From assembly GCA_963740355.1 (NCBI GenBank), contig CAVUDW010000002.1:960001-1024000 (forward strand): 64,000 nucleotides of DNA, given 5' to 3'. The position numbers and the translations under genes are program-made. Position 1 is the stretch's first letter. Each line of letters opens with the position of its first letter. Of this stretch, positions 1 to 12,070 are shown in pieces. The stretch comes from an uncultured Gemmatimonadaceae bacterium. Its GTDB lineage: Bacteria > Gemmatimonadota > Gemmatimonadetes > Gemmatimonadales > Gemmatimonadaceae. The notes beneath the pieces were generated by a model. The model had not been told where the DNA came from. It did not search any database and was given only the letters and a program-made list of their open reading frames with translations.

Positions 1-1948
<1,948 letters not shown>

Positions 1949-2109
1949 GGAGCAACGGCATGCCGGGTGACGGTCACAGCCGTCGCCCGGTGAGAGTTGT
2001 GTGTTGGCGGAAGCGTCGACAAGAGCGTAGAGTCTCTCGTTGTCGCATTGGCTGAAGAAAGCGCGCTTACAGAGACACTGCTCTCAGTTTGACGTCTTCC
2101 CGCCTGCAC

Positions 2110-4467
2110 ATGCATTCACTCCCGCGTATTGCGCTTCCGCTGGCCGGCCTGGTCTTGGCCGGTTTTGGCACCAGTGTCGTGTGGCCGACGGCACAACAGA
2201 CTCGTGCGCTGCGACACAGCGACGTGCGCCAACTCGAATCACCGGCGGCCGCACGCCCAATCGCCTGCGCTGAGCCGAAGCCGATCGTCTACATCCCCGC
2301 TAGCGCGGACCCTGCACTTCGCGACACGCTCAAGGCGGCACTCGGGCGACCGAACACACGCGTAATTCTAGGCGCGGATGTGGACATGAATTTCAGCGGG
2401 CTCGATTCCACCTTCTTTCCGATCAACATCGCCGAGTGCGTGACATTCACGAGCCTCGGCAACGCGTCCGATACGCCAGGTGGCGGTCCGGTGGTGGGTG
2501 GCGGCAGTGGTGGCAACGCGGGCGGCGGAGGCGGCGGCGGTGGTGGCAACGCGGGCGGCGGAGGCGGCGGCGGTGGTGGTGGTCGGCCCGGCGGTGGCGG
2601 AGGGGGAGGCCCGATTCGGCCGCGGCTCAGTGATGCAGCGATCGGCGCGACACTCAGCCGCAACGTGCTGCCGGCTACCGTGCTGCCGGACGGTCCAGAA
2701 GCACGCACTCCGCAGTCGCTCGGCCCGGTGCTGCGCTTCGGCCCCACGCGCAAAGGGGTGAAGACCTTCTTCGAGCTTCGCACCTTCCCCGATGAAGGCG
2801 AATCGCGCGGCAATCGTGCTGATCATGTGCGTATCTCGGGCTTCCGGATTTACGGACCGAGCTTCGGCCAGCAATCCAGCAGCGAAGTCGGCATCCGCAT
2901 CATGCGCAGCGTCGACATCGAGATCGCGAACATGGAGATCGCTGGGTGGGCTGAGCAGGGGGTGAAGATCGACGATACCGATGAGGGTCCGGATCAGCCG
3001 GTGGGCGCAAACGGGCCCGGCAACCGTATCCGGCAGCCCGACGACATCCGCATTCACGACAGCTACATCCATCACAACCAGCACCCGAACATCGATGGGC
3101 ACGCCGGCGGCTACGGCGTCGCGGTCGGCGTTGGAGCGTGGATGCGTGTCACGCACAACGTCTTCGATGACAACCGGCACAGCATCGAAGCCAGTGGCAA
3201 CGCCGGTGGCTACATCGCCGAGTACAACCTGCAGCTGAAGGGCGGCGGCTATCACGGCGAGTGGTACAACAAATGGACGCATGTCTTCGACGTACATGGC
3301 ACCGGCAGTGACGGCATCGGCGGTGCGGCCGGTCGCGACTTCCTGTATGTCGGCAACGCCTTCCAGTATCACAAGGACAACGCGATCAAGATCCGCGGCA
3401 AGCCCGCCGTGAGCGTGATGATCCGAGACAACGTCTTCCCGCACGATGCCGTCGAGAAATGGCCCGGTGATGGCGCCGTGTACCGGAAGACCGAGACCAA
3501 CACACACATCGGCACGGGGAACCAATCGAAGGTCGATACCTTCGGTGAATACGGCACCTGTGATTTCGATGGGGATGCTGTCGATGACCTGTTCCTCGCC
3601 ACCGGTCGCACCTGGTGGATGTCGAGTTACGGCGAGTTTCCGTGGAGTTGGCTCGCCGATCGGACCGAGCGCCTGCGCGATGTGCGGTTGGGCTACTTCG
3701 ATGGCGACAATCGCTGCGATGTGCTGACGCGGGACGCGAGCGGTGCGTGGGTCATCTCGAGTGGCGGGCGTGGGGGGTGGGCGCCGCTCGGGAACTTCGG
3801 ATTTCCCCTGTCTGAGGTTGTTTTTGGGCAATTCGATCCCAATGTTCGTGATGCGCGGCCCGGCAGCACCCGTCGTACTACCGGCGCGTTCCGCCGGGAT
3901 GCGAGCGGCCAGTGGTTCGTGACGCCGCTCTCGCGCGTCGACTGGCAGCCGGTGCAAAGCTCCGGACTGCCGTTGTCCGCACTGCAGTTCGGCGACTTCA
4001 CCGGCGACGGCGTGACCGACGTGCTGGCCGTCGTCGGCGGGCGCTGGAGCATGTCTGAATCCGCGCGGGCGCCGTGGCGGCGCATCAACACGACGCTCGG
4101 CGATGGCGTGCGTCCGTTGCTGGTGGCGAACATGGATGCCGACGACAACATCGACGACCTGCTCAAGGTCGATCGCTCGGTGCTTCCGGTGCTCGTCAAC
4201 AACACGGTGCGCTCATATCGTGTGCGCATCAAGATCCTGCGCTCGCGCAACGGCACGGGACCGTGGGTCACCTGGCAGGAGCGGTCGTGGAACGTGGCCG
4301 TCGATCCGACGCTGGTGGTGCCGGTGTGGGCGTTCGCAGCGCGCTTCGGCGCGGCGCCGGGTGGTGGTACGATGATCATCAACCCGACGCGGAACGGCGA
4401 GTTCTTCAGCGCGGCGGAAGTGGCGCGCGGTGCGAATCCGAACTGGACGGCGGGCATGGCGTACTGA
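2110..4467 (+). CDS. Secreted protein: Gly-rich linker, right-handed beta-helix domain and FG-GAP/VCBS-like repeats
   Basis: Signal-peptide-like N-terminus; beta-helix-type repeats (IRIHDSYIHHN, VTHNVFDDNRH); DFDGDAVDDL, YFDGDNRCDV, DFTGDGVTDV, NMDADDNIDDL motifs. Confidence 0.75.
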   Translation: MHSLPRIALPLAGLVLAGFGTSVVWPTAQQTRALRHSDVRQLESPAAARPIACAEPKPIVYIPASADPALRDTLKAALGRPNTRVILGADVDMNFSGLDSTFFPINIAECVTFTSLGNASDTPGGGPVVGGGSGGNAGGGGGGGGGNAGGGGGGGGGGRPGGGGGGGPIRPRLSDAAIGATLSRNVLPATVLPDGPEARTPQSLGPVLRFGPTRKGVKTFFELRTFPDEGESRGNRADHVRISGFRIYGPSFGQQSSSEVGIRIMRSVDIEIANMEIAGWAEQGVKIDDTDEGPDQPVGANGPGNRIRQPDDIRIHDSYIHHNQHPNIDGHAGGYGVAVGVGAWMRVTHNVFDDNRHSIEASGNAGGYIAEYNLQLKGGGYHGEWYNKWTHVFDVHGTGSDGIGGAAGRDFLYVGNAFQYHKDNAIKIRGKPAVSVMIRDNVFPHDAVEKWPGDGAVYRKTETNTHIGTGNQSKVDTFGEYGTCDFDGDAVDDLFLATGRTWWMSSYGEFPWSWLADRTERLRDVRLGYFDGDNRCDVLTRDASGAWVISSGGRGGWAPLGNFGFPLSEVVFGQFDPNVRDARPGSTRRTTGAFRRDASGQWFVTPLSRVDWQPVQSSGLPLSALQFGDFTGDGVTDVLAVVGGRWSMSESARAPWRRINTTLGDGVRPLLVANMDADDNIDDLLKVDRSVLPVLVNNTVRSYRVRIKILRSRNGTGPWVTWQERSWNVAVDPTLVVPVWAFAARFGAAPGGGTMIINPTRNGEFFSAAEVARGANPNWTAGMAY
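2509..2574 (+). repeat. Exact 33-bp tandem duplication encoding a GGNA-poly-Gly unit
   Basis: ggtggcaacgcgggcggcggaggcggcggcggt x2. Confidence 0.9.
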
Positions 4468-4494
4468 ACGCGCTGGAGCACACACCGTCATGAC

Positions 4495-4531
4495 GAACGG
4501 GCCGCGACCATGATCTGGTCGCGGCCCGTTC
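4495..4531. terminator. Hairpin between convergent genes, probable bidirectional terminator
   Basis: 16-bp perfect stem gaacgggccgcgacca/tggtcgcggcccgttc. Confidence 0.7.
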
Positions 4532-4567
4532 CTTGTCAGCCCTGCAATGCTGCGAAGTCGAAGTCTG

Positions 4568-5572
4568 CTACTTCGTCTTGTCCAGCATCGGTGCGAGCAG
4601 CTGCTCGAGGCGCACACCTTCCGCTTCGCCCTGGAAGTTGAGCACCATGCGGTGACGCAGCACTGGCAGCGCCATGTCGCGCAGGTCATCCAGATCCGGC
4701 ACTGCGCGGCCAGCCAACGCGGCACGTGCCTTGGCGCCCAGCACCAGGTACTGCGAGGCACGCGGCCCCGCGCCCCAGCGCACGTACTTGTTCACTTCCG
4801 GTGATGCTTCGTCGCTGCCCGGTCGCGTACCGCGCGCAAGGCGCACCGCGTGCTGGATCAGTGTCGGTGGTGCGGGCAGGCGCCGCACCAACTGCTGCAT
4901 CTGGACCAGCTCTGCGGCGCCGAGGACGGCGCGTACCGGACCCTGTGCTCCACCAGTGGTGGCGAGCACGATGCGCTCCTCTTCGTCACGCGTCGGATAG
5001 CCGATCCGCAACTCGACCATGAAGCGGTCGAGCTGTGCTTCAGGCAGCGGATACGTGCCTTCCTGCTCGATCGGGTTCTGCGTCGCGAGCACGAAATACG
5101 GGCGCGGCAACGGGTGCGTCTGACCGGACACCGTCACTTCACGTTCCTGCATTGCCTGCAGCAAGGCTGCCTGCGTCTTCGGTGGGGCGCGGTTGATTTC
5201 GTCCGCCAGCACGATGTTCGCGAACACCGGTCCCTGCACGAACGTGAAGACACGACGACCGGTCGGATCGTCCTGCAGCAGTTCGGTGCCGGTGATGTCA
5301 CTCGGCATCAGGTCAGGCGTGAACTGGATGCGGTTGAAGCTCAGGTCCAATGCCTGTGCGACCGTCTGCACCAGCAGCGTCTTGGCGAGGCCCGGCACAC
5401 CGACCAGCAAGGCGTGTCCACCGGCGAGCATGGTGGCAACAAGATTTTCGACGATTGCTTCCTGGCCGACGATGCGCTGGGCGATCTGTCCGATCAATGC
5501 CTTGCGAGCGGCGCCGAGCCGTTCGAGCAGCGCGATGTCGTCGTGCGATGCAGCCTGTTGTGGTGCGGTCAT
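4568..5572 (-). CDS. moxR: MoxR-family AAA+ ATPase
   Basis: GVPGLAKT, RIQFTPDLMPSDITG, LADEINRAPPKTQAALL, NPIEQEGTYPLPEAQLDRF. Confidence 0.95.
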   Translation of the reverse strand: MTAPQQAASHDDIALLERLGAARKALIGQIAQRIVGQEAIVENLVATMLAGGHALLVGVPGLAKTLLVQTVAQALDLSFNRIQFTPDLMPSDITGTELLQDDPTGRRVFTFVQGPVFANIVLADEINRAPPKTQAALLQAMQEREVTVSGQTHPLPRPYFVLATQNPIEQEGTYPLPEAQLDRFMVELRIGYPTRDEEERIVLATTGGAQGPVRAVLGAAELVQMQQLVRRLPAPPTLIQHAVRLARGTRPGSDEASPEVNKYVRWGAGPRASQYLVLGAKARAALAGRAVPDLDDLRDMALPVLRHRMVLNFQGEAEGVRLEQLLAPMLDKTK

Positions 5573-5633
5573 TGCCTTCGGGTGACGCGCGAAGAATGAA
5601 AGAACGACGGCGACAGCATCGCCGTCGCTCGCG

Positions 5634-6170
5634 TCACGGAAGAGTAAATACTACCTGCGTCGTCGCCGGATGGTTCTCACTGCGGAATCGCGCGACGGCC
5701 GTAAAAGTGCCACGGGGCAGCGTCTCCTGCCACGTGGCTTCGTAGTCACGCGATTCATGCTGCTCGAGCAGATGTGTCCGCATCGGCTGCGTGAACAAGC
5801 GGCCGTCGCTCCACGTCCAGACGTCACGTCCACGAGCGTCACGCACAATGAAATCGACTTCCTGCCCATCCGCGAACCGGAGTTCGTGACGCTTGTCGCT
5901 CGCATTGCTGGCCACGAGCTCGAACGTCACGTTCTCTACGCCCGGGGTCACCCGAAGGTTGAGCGTGATCGGGACGCCCGCGGATGCGCGCTGCGCCATC
6001 GCCTCCCCTCGCGCCGGGAGCGACAGGGCCTGCTTCTGTCCGTCCACACCGGCGAAAGTGAGCACCTGGCCTGAAGCACCCGTCCGCGTCAGCGGGGACG
6101 AGTGGTCAGAACAGGCGGCGCAGCCAACTGCTGCGACGGCGAGCGCGCCAAGCGCGCGAAAGCGGGGCAT
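5634..6170 (-). CDS. Lipoprotein with BsuPI-like (intracellular proteinase inhibitor) Ig-like domain
   Basis: Lipobox-like CAAC; F.DGQEVDFIVRD..G..VWTWSDGRLFTQ pattern typical of the BsuPI family. Confidence 0.7.
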   Translation of the reverse strand: MPRFRALGALAVAAVGCAACSDHSSPLTRTGASGQVLTFAGVDGQKQALSLPARGEAMAQRASAGVPITLNLRVTPGVENVTFELVASNASDKRHELRFADGQEVDFIVRDARGRDVWTWSDGRLFTQPMRTHLLEQHESRDYEATWQETLPRGTFTAVARFRSENHPATTQVVFTLP

Positions 6171-6372
6171 CCGGGGAACCTCTTAAAATGGTCGAGTCAG
6201 GTATTGTATCAGCAGACTAACGGACCTGTCCGTCTACAGTCAACACGACCAGACGGACGTTTGGTCACAGGTAAGTGTCGGTAGATTCGTGAGTTAAGGC
6301 AAGCAGGCCGTACCGTGGTGATCAGCTGTGCAAGAGCCACGCCAGCCACGCTCGAGTCCGCCAGAAAATCGC

Positions 6373-6401
6373 TTGCGAAAAATTTCACAAGCGGCTAGCC
6401 T
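6373..6401 (+). promoter_or_regulatory. Putative sigma70 promoter of the atp operon
   Basis: TTGCGA-N17-TAGCCT, ending 9 nt before ATG 6411. Confidence 0.55.
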
Positions 6402-6410
6402 TCCCCCCGA

Positions 6411-6641
6411 ATGACAGGCACACCAGGTGGCAGCGGACTCCGGATGGCCGGGGGTGGATTCCAGCTCGCGGCCGCGCTGATCGGTGGGTTGTACGGTGGA
6501 CAGTGGCTCGACCGGCGCTTCGGAACCGCGCCGGTTTTCCTGTATGTCGGCGTCGCAGTTGGCGCCATTGGCGGTATGACGGCGCTCGTCCGGCAACTCA
6601 ACCGGATCACGCGCGACGAGGAGGAGGCACGCAAGCGATGA
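6411..6641 (+). CDS. atpZ: AtpZ/AtpI (ATPase gene 1) family protein
   Basis: GQWLDRRFGTAP motif with two TM segments; first gene of the atp cluster. Confidence 0.85.
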   Translation: MTGTPGGSGLRMAGGGFQLAAALIGGLYGGQWLDRRFGTAPVFLYVGVAVGAIGGMTALVRQLNRITRDEEEARKR

Positions 6642-6988
6642 TCCGCGCAGTGGGGCTCTATCTCGTTGTGTCCGTGTTGGTTACGGCTGCGGCCGGCTGG
6701 GTGTTGTTGCTGATTTATCCGGGGGCCGACGCCCAGCGGGCCATCATCACCAGCGCGCTGCTCGGCCTTGCCATCCAGATGATCGCCTTCATTCTGCTCC
6801 AGCTGTTCAAGGGCAAGAACGTCTTCGCAGGGTGGGGTCTCGGTGCGCTGCTTCGATTCGGGGGACTCGGCATCTATGCCATGTTCGCCACCAAGGCGCT
6901 GGGACTCGACATGAACACTGCGCTCGTCAGCCTGGCCTGCTTTCTCTTCCTCTCGATGCTGATCGAACCACTGCTGGTCAACGTATGA
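6638..6988 (+). CDS. AtpI-like four-TM membrane protein
   Basis: ATGA overlaps with both neighbours; hydrophobic; lies between atpZ and atpB. Confidence 0.75.
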   Translation: MIRAVGLYLVVSVLVTAAAGWVLLLIYPGADAQRAIITSALLGLAIQMIAFILLQLFKGKNVFAGWGLGALLRFGGLGIYAMFATKALGLDMNTALVSLACFLFLSMLIEPLLVNV

Positions 6989-7908
6989 AGACCCGACTGC
7001 TTCGCCTCCTGACCGTCGTTTCCGCACTGATGCTGCTGGCGCTCCCCGCGCGCGCACAGGCCGGCGACGTCGACATCATCACGCCGCACATCACCGACGC
7101 CCACGAGATCGAAATCCCGTGGCCGACGTGGCCGGAAATGCACAAGGTCGTGCACCTGCCGCGCTGGGAGCCGTTCATGCTCCCCGGCACCAGCATCGTG
7201 GTGGACATGTCGCCCACCAAGCATGTGGTGTGGATGCTGATTTCCGCGCTGACGGTGTGCTGCCTGTTGATCTTCGCCGCCAATGCACAGGGGCGACAGA
7301 CGCGCACTGCCGGCCACGCGAAAGGCTTCGCCGGTGGCATCGAGGCGATGGTGCTCTACATCCGCAATGAAGTCATCATCCCGAACGTCGGACATCACGG
7401 CAACGGCTTCGTGCCGTTCCTCCTGACGCTGTTCTTCTTCATCCTGTTCTGCAACCTCTGGGGCATCTTCCCCTGGGGCAGCACCGCGACCGGCAACATC
7501 GCCGTCACCGCCACGCTGGCCCTGCTGACGTTCTTCGTCGTCGAAGGGGCGGGCATGAAGGCGCAGGGCGTCGGATATCTCGGCACGATTTTCTACTGGA
7601 ACAAGGACCTCAACATCGTCCTGCGCGTGTTGTTGTTCCTGATTCTTTCGCCGATCGAATTCATCGGCAAGCTGACCAAGCCGTTCGCACTGACGATCCG
7701 CCTCTTCGCCAACATGACGGCGGGACACATCGTGGTGCTGGCCTTGATTGGCATGATCTTCAGCTTCAAGAGCATTGCCAGCGGCGCGCCATTCCTGATG
7801 GCGGTCGCGATCAACATGCTCGAGTTGTTCGTGGCGTTCCTGCAGGCGTTCATCTTCACGCTGCTGAGCAGCGTGTTCATCGGGCAGATCCGCGAGGCGC
7901 ACCACTAG
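6985..7908 (+). CDS. atpB: F0F1 ATP synthase subunit a
   Basis: KPFALTIRLFANMTAGH, LELFVAFLQAFIFTLL. Confidence 0.97.
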   Translation: MKTRLLRLLTVVSALMLLALPARAQAGDVDIITPHITDAHEIEIPWPTWPEMHKVVHLPRWEPFMLPGTSIVVDMSPTKHVVWMLISALTVCCLLIFAANAQGRQTRTAGHAKGFAGGIEAMVLYIRNEVIIPNVGHHGNGFVPFLLTLFFFILFCNLWGIFPWGSTATGNIAVTATLALLTFFVVEGAGMKAQGVGYLGTIFYWNKDLNIVLRVLLFLILSPIEFIGKLTKPFALTIRLFANMTAGHIVVLALIGMIFSFKSIASGAPFLMAVAINMLELFVAFLQAFIFTLLSSVFIGQIREAHH

Positions 7909-7989
7909 TCGTTGTTCCACGACGCCGGTGTGCTCGCGTGCACTGGTGTCGCAATCGTAGCCGGTCGAATGACTGGTGAACCCCGTTGA

Positions 7990-8358
<369 letters not shown>

Positions 8359-8449
8359 GCACGAAATAAGTACGAGATCCTGCCTGTCGGGGACGGCGAC
8401 CGCCGTTCCCGACCGGTGTGGGTACCAAACCTCTCTGCGTCATCCTTCC

Positions 8450-9040
8450 ATGCGCCGCACTCTCGTCACCCTGTCGCTGTCCCTCGCCTCCGCGTCCGCC
8501 CTGCTTGCGCAGGAAGAACACGCCGCGGCTGAGAGCACGAACCTGCTCGATCCGAAGGTCGGTCTGATGTTCTGGACCCTCATCATCTTCGTGTTCCTGC
8601 TGGTCGTCTTGTCGAAGTACGCCTACAAGCCGCTGCTGGCAGCGGTCGAGGCGCGTGAAGCTGCCCTCGAGAAGGCACTCGGCGATGCGAAGCGTGATCG
8701 CGACGAGGCCGCCAAGCTGCTCGCCGAGCAGCAGAAGGCGCTGGCCGAAGCACGTGCGGAGATGCAGAAGGCGCTCAATGACGGTCGCGCCGCTGCTGAA
8801 ACGCTGCGCTCGGAGATGCTGGAGAAGGTGAAGGCAGAAGGCGCCGACATGCTGGATCGCACCCGCCGCGAGATGCAGGCCGAGAAGGAGAAGGCCGTTG
8901 CCGACCTCCGTCGCGAAGCCATCGATCTTGCGATCTCTGGCGCGAGCAAGGTGATCGGCCGCAACCTCGACAGCGCCACCGACCGCTCGCTCGTCGAGTC
9001 GTTCCTCGCAGGGCTCGAAGCTCCGAAGGGCTCGCGCTGA
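8450..9040 (+). CDS. atpF: F0F1 ATP synthase subunit b
   Basis: FWTLIIF TM segment, KPLL..VEARE, long coiled coil. Confidence 0.95.
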   Translation: MRRTLVTLSLSLASASALLAQEEHAAAESTNLLDPKVGLMFWTLIIFVFLLVVLSKYAYKPLLAAVEAREAALEKALGDAKRDRDEAAKLLAEQQKALAEARAEMQKALNDGRAAAETLRSEMLEKVKAEGADMLDRTRREMQAEKEKAVADLRREAIDLAISGASKVIGRNLDSATDRSLVESFLAGLEAPKGSR

Positions 9041-9585
9041 TGCGCGACACCACGATCGCCCGCAACTACGCCGAGGCACTGGTCACGCTGGCACAACGTG
9101 CCGGTGATCTCGATGGCTGGGGTCGAATGATCGATGACGTCGCGCAGCTGGTCAGCAACGATCAACGCGTGCGCCGCTTTCTCGAGTCGCCGAGAGTGCC
9201 TGTCAACGCCAAGAAGGAAATCCTCCGCAAGGCGTTCCAGGACCGCATGCCGCGCCTGATGGTGCGCTACCTCGAGGCGCTGGTCCAGAACCGCCGCCAG
9301 CTCCTCATTCCGACCATCGCGTCCGAATACGCGACGCTGGTGGATGAGAGCCTCGGGCGCGTGCGGGCCGAGGTCACCCTGGCCCGCGAGCCGCAGCCCG
9401 GCGAAGTCGAGGCGATTGCCGCCTCCCTCTCGAAGACCCTCGGCCGGACGGCGGTCGCCCACGTGCGGGTGAACCCCGATATCGTCGGTGGGGTGATCGT
9501 CCGGGTGGGCGATTATGTGAAGGATGGCTCAGTCCGTCGTCGTTTGGGTGTATTGAAGTCGAAACTGGTGCAACAGGCGCGCTGA
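9040..9585 (+). CDS. atpH: F1 ATP synthase subunit delta
   Basis: IARNYAEAL, VNPDIVGGVIVRVGD..DGSV. Confidence 0.95.
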   Translation: MRDTTIARNYAEALVTLAQRAGDLDGWGRMIDDVAQLVSNDQRVRRFLESPRVPVNAKKEILRKAFQDRMPRLMVRYLEALVQNRRQLLIPTIASEYATLVDESLGRVRAEVTLAREPQPGEVEAIAASLSKTLGRTAVAHVRVNPDIVGGVIVRVGDYVKDGSVRRRLGVLKSKLVQQAR

Positions 9586-9674
9586 CGGGTAGACTCCGCA
9601 GCGACGCGCGGCGTCGATCCCTCGGTGGGGCGACGCCGCGGAGGACCACCGTTCCGCCTCTCCCCGGATCGTCG

Positions 9675-11591
9675 ATGCGAATTGCCCGTACTGCGTTTGT
9701 GTTCGCTGCTGCACTACTGCTGCCTGCGTTGCTCGCGGCGCAAACGAAATTTGGTTCGTCGCCGGCATCCGGCGACACGCTCGGTTACTGGCAGCAGCGC
9801 GCCAACTACGACATTACCGCCCGGCTCGACGAGTCGAGGCAGACGATCGTCGCTACCGGCACCCTGAAGTACACGAACAACTCGCCGGACGTCATCACCG
9901 AGATGTACGTGCACCAGTACCTCAACGCGTTCCGGCCATACTCCAAGTGGAGCGATGCCGACGAGCGTGAGGGCCGCACGCGATTCCAGCTCCTGGAAGA
10001 CCCGGCCTACGGCTTCGAGCGCTTCACCTCGCGCCCGGTGGTGGATGGCACGCCGGTGACGGTCAACTATCCCGGCTCTCCGGATAGCACGGTCGCACAC
10101 TTCACGCTGCCACGACCCCTGCGGCCCGGCCAGACGATCTCGGTCTCGTTTGCCTGGGAAGCCCGTCCCAGCACCACGTTGCGCCGACAGGGGCGCAAAG
10201 GGCGCCACTACGACCTGGCCCAGTGGTATCCGAAAGTGGCGGTCTACGACAAGGGCGGGTGGCAGCAGAACGCACTGGTGCCGGCAGGAGAGCTCTACGG
10301 CGAGTTCGGTGATTTCCGCGTCGCCCTGATTCTCCCCGAGGACCAGGTGGTCGGTGCGACCGGTGTCCCCGTGGCGGGGGACCCTGGATGGGAACGCGCC
10401 AAGCGCGGTACGGCGCCGATCCTGCTGCAACGCAACGCCTATGGGCCTGCGGGCGCCAGCTCACTGGTGCCGATCGCGCCGCCCTCGATGCGTACGGTCG
10501 TCTTCGAGGCGAAGAACGTGCACCACTTCGCGTGGACCATCGATCCCGAATACCGGTACGAAGGCGGCGTGTACGTGCGCCCCCTGCCGCGGCCGCAGAC
10601 CGAGTATCGCATCTGGGACACCGTCGGTGTGCACGTCCTGTATCGGCCCACCGGCGACTCCACCTGGGGCGGCGGCAAGGTCGTGCAGCGCACCATCGAT
10701 GCGATGAAGTGGCTGGAGTCGGTGTACGGCCCCTACGCCTGGCCGCAGATCAGCGCCGTCCATCGCCTCGATGGCAGTGGCACGGAGTTCCCGATGATGA
10801 TGCACAACGGGAGCGCCGAGAATGACCTGATCCTGCACGAGTCGGGGCACATGTTCACCTACGGCATTCTCGCCAACAACGAGTGGCGGTCGGCGTGGAT
10901 GGACGAAGGGCTGACGAGTTACCAGACCTCGTGGGCGCTCGGTGACACGCCGCAGGAACGTGCCGGCAAGAAACTGGCGGAGGATCCCCGCTGGATGGCA
11001 CCCGCACTGACCGCCGCGCAGCTCCAGCGTCGCGAACGATTCATCTCCACCGCCGAGCAACTGAGCACGAACTCCGAAGTGTTCCGTTCTTTCGGTGTGT
11101 ACAACGCGATGGTGTACGATCGGGCTGAACAGATGTACGGATCCCTTCGTGATGTGATGGGGGACTTCTACTTCCGGCGGCTCTGGAAGGAGTATTACAG
11201 CCGGTGGGCGCTGAAGCATGTGGACCGGGTCGCGATGCAGAAGGCCGCGGAACGGATCATGGGCGGCCCGATGGGGTGGTTCTTCGACCAGTGGCTGGAG
11301 ACGGTGGGCGAAGTGCAGTACTCGCTGAAGGAGGTCACCTCGACGCAGCGGAAGCCCAACGAATGGGTGACGACGGCCCGGCTGGTTCGTATTGGGGCAT
11401 ACCGTCATCCGATGCCGGTGGGCGTTCGCACGGCCACTGGCTGGGCCTATGGCCGGGGCGATCCGCTCAAGGATGATCAGCGCGTGAGCATCACGACCAC
11501 CGAAAAGCCAGACCTAGTACGGCTCGACCCGATGGGCCTGACTGATGACGTACGGGCGAGCAGCCAGCAATGGCCGCCGCCATCTCCCTGA
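9675..11591 (+). CDS. Secreted M1-family zinc aminopeptidase
   Basis: Signal peptide; YWQQRANY, QWYPKVAVYD, HESGH followed by WMDEG. Confidence 0.9.
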   Translation: MRIARTAFVFAAALLLPALLAAQTKFGSSPASGDTLGYWQQRANYDITARLDESRQTIVATGTLKYTNNSPDVITEMYVHQYLNAFRPYSKWSDADEREGRTRFQLLEDPAYGFERFTSRPVVDGTPVTVNYPGSPDSTVAHFTLPRPLRPGQTISVSFAWEARPSTTLRRQGRKGRHYDLAQWYPKVAVYDKGGWQQNALVPAGELYGEFGDFRVALILPEDQVVGATGVPVAGDPGWERAKRGTAPILLQRNAYGPAGASSLVPIAPPSMRTVVFEAKNVHHFAWTIDPEYRYEGGVYVRPLPRPQTEYRIWDTVGVHVLYRPTGDSTWGGGKVVQRTIDAMKWLESVYGPYAWPQISAVHRLDGSGTEFPMMMHNGSAENDLILHESGHMFTYGILANNEWRSAWMDEGLTSYQTSWALGDTPQERAGKKLAEDPRWMAPALTAAQLQRRERFISTAEQLSTNSEVFRSFGVYNAMVYDRAEQMYGSLRDVMGDFYFRRLWKEYYSRWALKHVDRVAMQKAAERIMGGPMGWFFDQWLETVGEVQYSLKEVTSTQRKPNEWVTTARLVRIGAYRHPMPVGVRTATGWAYGRGDPLKDDQRVSITTTEKPDLVRLDPMGLTDDVRASSQQWPPPSP

Positions 11592-11608
11592 CCTGAACCG
11601 AACTGCAC

Positions 11609-11980
11609 ATGAGTGGACCAGCCGACATCCGCACCGTCCCCAAGCCGTGGGGCCATGAAACGATCTGGGCACTGACCGACCGCTACTGCGGCAAGATCCT
11701 GCACATCAAGGCCGGCGAAGCACTCAGCGTGCAGTACCACAACGTCAAGGACGAAACCGTCCACCTGCTGAGCGGCCACCTGCTATATCGCGTCCAGATC
11801 GACGGGGTGCTGACGGATGTGCACCTGAAGCAGGGCGAGAGCTACCGGATCACGCCGGGCACGATCCACCAGATGGAAGCGGTGACCGACTGCGATGTGC
11901 TCGAGGTATCGACGCCCGATCTTGATGATGTGGTCAGGTTGTCGGACAAGTACGGACGCGAAGGCACAAGCGCCGCGTAG
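11609..11980 (+). CDS. Cupin-domain protein (mannose-6-phosphate isomerase type II-like)
   Basis: KPWGHE, LSVQYH..KDET, EVSTP..DDVVRL. Confidence 0.88.
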   Translation: MSGPADIRTVPKPWGHETIWALTDRYCGKILHIKAGEALSVQYHNVKDETVHLLSGHLLYRVQIDGVLTDVHLKQGESYRITPGTIHQMEAVTDCDVLEVSTPDLDDVVRLSDKYGREGTSAA

Positions 11981-12070
11981 TACCACCGATTTTCTTTGGG
12001 TCAGCGCGTCGGTCACCCCCGGCGCGCTGATTGAGCATCTGGCTGTCCACTCCACAGTACCACGAGGCCC

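Noticed and set aside
1949..2055. C-terminal extension of UvrA in the ORF track
   Set aside because: Artefact of the frameshift near 1864
2368..3957. Long antisense or alternate-frame ORFs (also 841-2115, 23534-25138, 25447-26661, 41029-42366, 46864-48288)
   Set aside because: Shadow ORFs typical of high-GC DNA, overlapping well-supported genes and lacking motifs
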